Made by a program: the position numbers and the translations under genes. DNA of 64,000 nucleotides, from NCBI GenBank assembly GCA_012295275.1, contig CM022671.1, positions 15,996,001 to 16,060,000 on the forward strand, read 5' to 3'. This document shows positions 52,358 through 64,000 of this stretch, one piece after another (position 1 is the first letter of the stretch; the number at the start of each line of letters is the position of its first letter). The notes beneath the pieces are model-generated. The model had not been told where the DNA came from. It worked only from the letters and a program-made list of their open reading frames with translations, and did no database searches. Source of the stretch: Chrysomallon squamiferum. Lineage: Eukaryota > Animalia > Mollusca.

Positions 52358-55300
52358 CAACAACAGCAACAACAATAATAATAGTAATAACAAGAAGAAG
52401 AAAAAGAAGAAAAGTAAAAACAACACCAACACAATAACATTATTCCTCTTTTTTGGGGGTTGATTTTAAGGTTAATTCCATCTAGCATCACAATTTGTTT
52501 TAGAAAGTATATTACGTTAATACCTGTTAATTAAATGTGATGTTAGTCATGAAATATGACATCATTTATCGTGTGTCGTTGTAGCGGATCTAGCTACTGT
52601 CAAAGTATTGTGACAAAAAAAAAAAGCATATAACTCTCCGGATTGGTAAATAATACTAACATAGTAAACAAACATTTCTGAAAGGCATTAAAGAACCAGA
52701 ACATTATTATTATTATTATTTTTATTGTTATTGTTATTATTATTATTATTATTATTGTTATTATATAATTCTTTTATTATCTGTAAAAATGTTACAGTCA
52801 CATATACACACAGATATATACACATCAGTCTATCGTATAATAAATTTATGTTTTCTATAACTCAGTTTTCACGTCTTGCAAGAAAACTGCTAAATCCATT
52901 TATGCGAGACAGAACACACTATACTCAGAGGTTATGAGTAAGCAGCCGTTGTCAGATTATTTCTACTTTAAACCAAACTTGACACAAAATGGAGAAAACG
53001 GCTGAAACAAATTGCTTATTGACCGATATTCTTGGAGATGTTAATGGCATCTCAGAACATTATGACGCTTGACAAAGCCACGCTAATTTTTCATTTGACA
53101 AAAACGTGTGGTAAGTAAGAGATAGGTTTTCATTTTGATTTTGTGAATGTGTAATTAGCCACAGGTGTTTGAATCTACGGATACGTTAAAGATAAATTTG
53201 AGGTGTTATATTACATGTAGTAGAATTGGCAGATTTAAAACAAAATATATGTTTTTACTGATTTTTGACAGAATTATTTATTGATGCTAGGCATATTTTT
53301 CTATAAACAGTTTTAAACTGTCAAAAATATATTGGTATTTTCCTTTTTTTATCTTTTTTCGGTTCTTTCTTTCTTTTCCCACGCCTTTTTTTAATATATA
53401 TATATATATATTTAATTTTGTTATTATTTTTTATTTTGTTTTTAATTGCTCTTGCCAGCTCTTTATGAACTAAAACTGTTATCGATTTGCAGCAATCGAA
53501 TTTTTATTTTTGCATTCCACACTTTGGAGAAAAATGATAATCCACTTACAGAGTGTTAATGGCAAGAACTAATGCGGTAATGATGAGTATCCAATCTTCC
53601 ACCTTCATGTCTCAAGTCAAAGTCCTAAACACTGAGTTTCTCTCTTTAAATGTATGATTTTTATTTTTTATAATTACAATATTTTAAACACGTCCATGAA
53701 ATGTAAACATAGAAGACAAAAATCAGTTGGTTATAACAATATATGTTTGAAAATTGCGTTGAAGTTTATCACAGCTAAATAGCATACTTTATAGGAGGTA
53801 ATAACTGCATTAAAGAAAGAAAGAAAAATAATAATCAATAAAACCCTATACAAAACAGTTAATAATTTTAAATAGTTTATAGTCTGTAATACTTCCTGCT
53901 TCTTAATAATATTTAGTGTCAAATATCAGCGTTGATAAAATATTACGATGTTATACCCATATAATCTATTGTAATCCTTCCCAGGTAGGCTCATTAGACA
54001 TTGCTGTCTTAATAGGAATAATTTCATCAAGGATATGGAGAAAACGGCTTAGAGTCTGTGAAAAAGATCGTCCATCATCAAATTATTATTACTTTTTCTT
54101 CTTCTTAATTGATAATTTTCTCCCAGTTTCGGTAGTGTGTAAAAACTAACTCTATTTTTGGAAGACGACAGATACTTCTTTTAAAAAAAAAACACATCAT
54201 TTTCTTCTAGCTTCCCCAAGGACATACTGATCTTGTAGAATGCAAAATGTAAGCCCGCTGTCTGAGTGAAATAAATATTTGTTTGGCACAGACAAATAGC
54301 TAAAGAATAGCCATCGATTGTTTGACTGTTACTGTCATTCTGCATTTCTTTATTTTTACGTTGCCTACGCATATTGTTATATGGGCTAGAAACAACAAAC
54401 TGCTCGGTGTTAAAAAAAAGCCGATACCAATGTTTGTAGCAATTGGTAATCTATAGAGTTCTGCTGAGCAGAATGTTTAACACACATTTTGTTTCTGCAA
54501 CGCAAATCCTTTTATTCCATCTCATTGATCACAAGGGAATAAATGAATGGATTTATCATTAGCACTCGCTGTAACAATCTATAACAAATATGGTAAAATA
54601 CCAATACTAAATCAAGCAACTTGCTTGGGTCTGTCGTTACAGCTAGGAAAGCTAATTAAGTTATTTTATTGTATTTCTTCGCTGTACACTGGGAAATTAA
54701 ATCCCAGTAATTTCTTTTCCACGGGGAGGTTATCTGGCTCCGTAAATTGCGAGGGATCATGGAATCGATTTTATGTTTTGCTTATAGCACTATCTGTTTA
54801 AGTATTATTATTATTAGTAGCAGCAGCAATAGTAGCAGTCCTCAGAATGTGGCAGTCCTCCCATGACTTTTATAGAGCATTGATCAGCCGTAATAAAACA
54901 AATCACCACTACACGTATACAAAGCGAATGAATCCAAAATATGTTGTTTCACATCAGAGACTGTTATTCTCTCATTCAGCTAAATATCAGATATTGACAG
55001 TTTAACTGTCGCCGATTTTACAACATGTCAGGTATGTTAATCTTTTTAAATGTGTGGATTTTGGATTATATTTTGTTTGTTTGTTTGTTTTAACACTGCT
55101 TTCATATAGTTTGATGAAATCAGTTATAAAACACTTCTGTCTCCGTTCTCTCTCCGTTTATCCAAAACAAAAAGCATAAACAATTAACACTCATTTTCAC
55201 TATCATCGTCTTCGTCGTCTCTACTGTATACCCTTTCTGACATATATACACACACATTTATAACAAATAACCGGTGCTGATTAATACATCGAATCTTTTT

Positions 55301-55545
55301 TTGGGGTGAATAGAAGTAGAAGAAAGTGTTAAATATAATTATATATGTTTTAAATCGATATAAAACAGAATTAATATTTAACAACGGTTCAGAAGTATTA
55401 TTATTATTTTTTTGATCCCAGCTCTGCTATAAAATAATGCCGTAAACCTCACGTATAATTAAGTCCAAATGTCAAGCGGGTTATTTATTCTGTTTTCGTT
55501 TTAATGTACTTTATCTGAATAGAAATGTAAATTACTTTTTACAGG

Positions 55546-56730
55546 ATGCCACAAGCGCACAGAAAAGTGGATCTAGGCGAAAACTCGAGAATGATGGCAG
55601 CTGGGAAATATTCAGACAATACCCTGAGGAATGTAAATGTCATCAATGGTTTAGAAGCTCAACTGTCCAAAGTTCGACTGAACGTCTTACAGCGAAACGC
55701 TAACGAAAGTTTGCACAAAATGAAAACATACGAAGATAAAATCAAGGACTTGAGAGTAAAAACAATAGCTTATCAGAAAGTTGTGGCTAATCATCCAATC
55801 ACTGCAGCTCCAGATTATCATAAAGCGCTTGACGAAAAATACACACTGCACAGTTTCAGACACGAGATTAAAGACATGTTGCACAAACTTCACCCGGACA
55901 CGATCAGGAAGAAAAAGGCGCAGACGTTGATTGAAGCGAGCAGAGAACGTTACCAGGCTGCGATACAGAGCAGTCAGCAATACTTCAACTCCTTACTACC
56001 TCCTAAACCATTGCTAAAACCACACATGCGTTTAGACAGGAAACCCGAGTTCAGACCGTCATGGCATCAGGAGCCAGTTTTCGAACATAAATCGCATAAA
56101 GACACCAACAAACATCCCGTTACAGCAACCGTCAGTAAACAACAGCCCGACGGCAAAAATATACAACGTAAAGAAAATAACGTACGTGATGCCATAAGTA
56201 ACGTACAGGCGTCTAATCAGGCACAGTACTGTAACAGCAGAACTAGGAAGGTTCTTGCAGCCACAAGAAGTGATAAGAAAAGCATTCGACTACCAGAAAT
56301 CGGTTCTCAGGAAGAGAATATCAAGCAGTGGGTTAACACACTGCCTAACACACACGTTAGAAGAAGACGAAGAGACACGGATGATTTATCAGATACTGCA
56401 TCAAAGACTAGTGAATTCCATCAAGATGGAAATGACAGGTTTGTTTCAAAGACTCGTATTCTGGATAGATACACTAATGATCCATACAGCACCAGTGATG
56501 AAGAAAATTGTTGGAATAAAGACACAACCAAAAAATCGGACATTCGTCGTCGAAAACCGGATAAAGCCAAATCGCTTTCAAAAACGACTAACAGGCTGGA
56601 AAATCAAGTGCAAGAAATTCGAAATGATTCCGGATATGGGACTGCAGAATCAGATTTCGAAGTAACACCTCGCCTGAAGGACGGAAAAGAGTGGAAAGCG
56701 ATGCTCAGTTCCACCAAAACTAAGGAGTAG
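55546..56730 (+). CDS. Uncharacterised 394-aa protein (N-terminal helical/coiled-coil region, basic low-complexity C-terminal half), single large coding exon
   Basis: 1185-nt ORF, GC- and CpG-richer than its flanks. A splice acceptor tttttacag|G lies 1 nt before the ATG, and AATAAA is at 56793-56798. No family recognised. Confidence 0.8.
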   Translation: MPQAHRKVDLGENSRMMAAGKYSDNTLRNVNVINGLEAQLSKVRLNVLQRNANESLHKMKTYEDKIKDLRVKTIAYQKVVANHPITAAPDYHKALDEKYTLHSFRHEIKDMLHKLHPDTIRKKKAQTLIEASRERYQAAIQSSQQYFNSLLPPKPLLKPHMRLDRKPEFRPSWHQEPVFEHKSHKDTNKHPVTATVSKQQPDGKNIQRKENNVRDAISNVQASNQAQYCNSRTRKVLAATRSDKKSIRLPEIGSQEENIKQWVNTLPNTHVRRRRRDTDDLSDTASKTSEFHQDGNDRFVSKTRILDRYTNDPYSTSDEENCWNKDTTKKSDIRRRKPDKAKSLSKTTNRLENQVQEIRNDSGYGTAESDFEVTPRLKDGKEWKAMLSSTKTKE

Positions 56731-57174
56731 AAATTACTATTAATTTTTCCAATGAAAATTTATTTCTTTTAAAAGTTCAGTATACACAGATTAATAAAGA
56801 AATGTTTTGCCATGTTTTGTTTTGAACTTTTAAAGAGATTATTTAAATGAGATGAAACCATGAAATATTATGAATGAATCAAATACTGCCGAATTTACCA
56901 AGCATGTCATACAAGTCTAGAGATAAATATCGCATAGTGTTTTCAAATAATTTCGTTTAAGAAAAAGAATACAAAATAATGAAGACAGACTTAATATATC
57001 TGACTCTTATTTTTTCATTGTTTTGTGAAGATGTATAAAGCTGTAGGCAAAATTCAATTTTTGAAAATGTTTTTATATTTTTATATATAAATACACACTG
57101 ATGGTGTAAAGGCCGCTATTCTTTTATTTAAATAATATAAAATGTAAATTTGAAAAGTTTACCAAAATAAAAAC

Positions 57175-57373
57175 TACAGGGTGTCCCGCGAAAGTAACGC
57201 TTCTTCTTCTTTTTGTTTTTGATTTATTCGCTTTTATTGAAAGATACATAAATTAGAAGAATTTTAAGTTCTGATTATAAAATACTTTAAAAAGTATATA
57301 ACATAAAACAAAAATAACTATATAGAAAGTTATACAGTATTAAAAAAGGATATTACTTTTGCAGCACCATGCA
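57175..57373. mobile_element. Degraded Tc1/mariner-type MITE
   Basis: Left end TACAGGGTGTCCCGCGAAAGTAA; reverse complement of the right end TGCATGGTG--CTGCAAAAGTAA. A similar solo end, TGCAGGGTGTCCCAGAAGT, is at 5091-5109. Confidence 0.5.
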
Positions 57374-57692
57374 CATTAAATCGGTGGCTGTCTGCTGCTT
57401 ATAAGGATCTTTCTATGATTTCTGAAAGAGAAAAGCCATTGTTATAATTAGCAGAACGTTCAAAGTGAAATGTTTCCTTAAAAAAAAAAAAAAAAAAAAA
57501 AAATAAAAATAAAATAAAATCTTTGGTTTAATACAATGTTCGTTCAACATAAATGAGAAGGGCATGGGTGAACGAAATGCATATATTGAAAAAATCTTTC
57601 TCAGTCGAATGGATAGCTGGTGAAAAATAACGGGTATATGTATGTATTTCATGTATGCGAAATGATATTGAATGAAATACGAGAAACCCCCC

Positions 57693-57747
<55 letters not shown>

Positions 57748-59487
57748 AGTTTCTTATACTTTGATTAAAGATCATTTGGATAATTCATCTTATTCTCACA
57801 GTATTCCGAATGAAATAAATAAATGACATTCTTATTTTCTTCTTCTTTTTGTTTTTTTTAATAAATCGAAAAAAATGCGATTTCAGATAGCAGTGTGAAA
57901 CGTTAAAAGAAAAACAGTAATACCTAGAAAACAAATAATTTTATTTTTATAAACAAATAAATACATAACAAATAAAACAGTTTCCATCACTGAGTTCTTG
58001 AATAACAAATACAAGAACAAAATAAATAATTTTTTAAAACAATTTTATAAATTTTGTTTTCACTGAATTTAAAGTGAATAATTTTGACTAATGCAGAAAT
58101 AAACTAATCAGCTAAAGATTCTAAGCTCATATTTAAAACAGACTAAATGGCAATAAAATGACACGATGAAATGTTAATGTTAAAATAAAAATGTAAATTA
58201 CGTAGAAATAAAAACATATTTGAAAAAGTAACAACGCCATCTCTGTTTTGTTTTTTTAAGAATAATTGAACAGTAAAATAACAGATATCACAGATTTTTA
58301 AAAACTTTTACACAATCACATAGTCACGTACGCACATACAGACATATATATTGTAACAGCAATAAAATATTGAATAAAGAATACATAACAATAATTTAGT
58401 GTCATTTAAAATCACCAAATCACGAAGATTATTGAATAACAGAAAGAAAAAAATTATGCTACCAAACTATTTTATATTTATATATTAGTCTCTGTATATA
58501 TAAACATATATCAAGATTGCTACTTAACTACAACAATTAAGTAGAAAGATAGAAATAATCATCATTATAATGACATTTATATTGGAATGTGAATTTGATG
58601 TGAAACAAATGGCTAACAAAGCTTTGAGAGTTAATAATACCGGTTTTTTTTTTTTTTTTTTTAATGATAATTCTAGGCTGTTAAAAAGAAAATGAGGTAG
58701 TCTGATTATTTTTGGTTTCTATAACGATGTGATTAGGTAAAAAAGTTTGTAACAGACAGAAAAAGATAATTCTAGTAGAATCAACAGAGTACCTGGCGGA
58801 GTTAGATCTAGGATCTGAAAAAATCTTTGGTTGGTAGAAAATAAGGTTTGACGCCATGGGGCATGTAATAAAATATATGTATAATATTATTATAGAAATA
58901 TTTTTTTTTATTATTATTACAAACTGATCGAAAGCTAATTAAAATACAAACTGATAAGCTGAATTAACATTTAACAAGTTCTTTTTAATATTTATAAGAA
59001 TTTAATTATTTAAAATAAATAATATTTGATAAAACCAAATTTGGATTATTAATTTTTACAAATCGTCTTTCCAGTAATAAATTTCAACGATATAAATCTA
59101 AATTATTTACAACATTTTATAACAACTAATTTTGGATTATATTTTTTTTTTTACAAATTACCTGAATCTTAATGATCTAAATGATTGTCCGATTCATTAT
59201 ATATACACACATATAAAAAATTATACAAAATGGCACAAGAGAATTACAAAATAAAACAATGATAATTATAAATGAATTAAATCCGTTGAAGTAGTTTTGT
59301 TGCTGGGAACATGGTGATAACGGAATAATAATTATTTAATTTAAAGATAATCTATTGTTGTTTATAATAATAATTATTTTTATTAGTCATTGTTCTAAAT
59401 ATTAAAAAAAATTAATAATATCCGTCCACAAAAATTATATTAAAACTTTTTGTAAAGTATTATATTGTAATGGAAACTGAAAAAAAG

Positions 59488-59519
<32 letters not shown>

Positions 59520-60857
59520 AAAAAAGAAATCAAAATCTGTTCCAAATATATATACTCTTTCTTTGTTTCCATGATTTAATTATTGAAATTTAAAATTAAC
59601 AGTTTGAATCATATTATAAATAAAATAATTATTTGTTTGACATAAATATAAATTGTTGAAAAACGTACATTTTTAAAATACTTTTGGAATACTTTTATAT
59701 ATAAATATATTGATAAAAGAGAAATATGCAGTATTTAAAACGTTATTTATGAATAATATAACCCATTTAAAAACCCATAAAACAACTTCACACTGAAAGA
59801 TAATAACAAGTTCAACATAATAACTAAAACATACTAAACTAAAAATAAACAAGTAAAATATTTATACATACTTTAAAAAACACAAACAAAACGTGTGAAA
59901 AGAAAAGTTTAGAAAATTGTAGTTCCGCAACTTCCTCTGTATTATGTCACTGAGTGCACAGCCGTGACACCTGTCAATCAAATGTCGTCTGGGAATGTCG
60001 TCTGGCTGGTGTGAAAACAGATCAAAATGATATAAGCCATTTTAGTTTTGTTTTTCATCAAATTAAATCCAAGATGGTAGACTCCAGTTGGCATAAGAAC
60101 GTAACTGCATCTTGTTTCACTGACAAATCATAAAGGAATTTTTCGTAAAGAAACGGGATACATTATTAGTAATAAAAGACTGTACTAAGAATAATGTGGG
60201 AAGAAGCCTATAGACAAGATAAAGTTCAATATGTGGAAGAAACTGTGTGAAGTATACGATGGTCGAATGGATGAGTTCATTGAGGAGGACCTAAGACTAA
60301 AATCAAGAAAAGATAAGAAAAAATAACCTTTTGGAAGATTCAGAGCTGAATTTCATCTTACAGAACGTCTCTAGAGGGAATATGGAGGATCGACTGATCA
60401 TTTCTTCAAGAAGAGTAATGGTAAGATTACATTCTTTCATTCCGGAATTTCTATTTTTTCGATAATTAATTTTGATTTTGGCATCACATAACAACTAAAG
60501 TCGTTAACTTGCCAGTAAAGGACAATATCCATATCTCTAGTCATGTAAATTCTTATAAACTTTCATAATATGGTTTTTGAAATATGAATTATTTAAGTTC
60601 AGTGGTGTTTTTATTTTTTTTTTATATATTTTTTTTTTATTGGCCCATATATATGTGTGTCTGTGTGTATACACATACAATACACATACACACACTCATA
60701 CACACAATTGTGTATGCATGCAAAACAACAAGAACACTAAAAACATTCTCATATAATTAAAGAAAATTAAAGAAATAAAATATATGTAAATATCAATAGT
60801 ACTGATATCGATTTGCCATTTTCATGTAAAAAAAGCAATTAATTATCAGTTTTTCTT

Positions 60858-63701
<2,844 letters not shown>

Positions 63702-63937
63702 GTCACCTTTTTACAATTGTCACTTCATCAGAAGGATAACGGCATGACCACCCATGTTGACTGAAAAAGATAAAATACTGAATATCATTAGCAATCACTT
63801 TGGTTAGAAAAAGAATACAAAACCGTGACGAAAAAGCAAAATCAAAAACAATATAATAAAAACGAAAATATAGTAGAGTAAAATAAAACAATAGGTATAA
63901 TGAACGAACAGTAGTTATGGTAGCAGTAGATGAGAAT

Positions 63938-63975
<38 letters not shown>

Positions 63976-64000
63976 TATTATAATGGTCATTTTTACCATT

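Noticed and set aside
52989-54049. Exact 15-mer ATGGAGAAAACGGCT at 52989 and 54035
   Set aside because: Flanks do not align, and a single 15-mer match in 64 kb is compatible with chance.
58792-58856. - strand MASNLIFYQPKIFSDPRSNSA ending at cag|gtactc, with good Kozak context
   Set aside because: No credible downstream coding exons; cannot support a gene.

Overview
AT-rich, microsatellite-rich, intron-containing animal genomic DNA. It is probably a non-ecdysozoan invertebrate such as a mollusc or other lophotrochozoan (inferred from the intron-containing USP gene and repeat style). I assembled seven protein-coding genes by hand from GT-AG junctions with consistent phases: a universal stress protein (+, 958-8100, 160 aa) with two tandem, homologous 84-nt exons that look mutually exclusive; a TM-less, probably N-myristoylated tandem-C2 protein (-, 17973-13662, 402 aa); Sec61 alpha (+, 19023-24880, 476 aa); RUVBL1/pontin (-, 33553-29002, 456 aa); CCDC146/MBO2 (+, 36482-48186, 950 aa); an unrecognised single-coding-exon 394-aa protein (+, 55546-56730); and a single-CUB-like type I membrane protein (-, 63701-60858, about 440 aa). 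Best leads: (1) the USP exon pair, separated by a 57-nt intron; (2) five local tandem duplications that copy splice junctions in three genes; (3) the SEC61A-RUVBL1 tail-to-tail pair, as in human; (4) a Sec61 alpha S82T change at a known inhibitor-resistance site; (5) two uncharacterised signalling-type proteins. No prokaryotic features, CRISPR, rRNA or complete tRNA were seen. All gene models are manual and lack transcript support.
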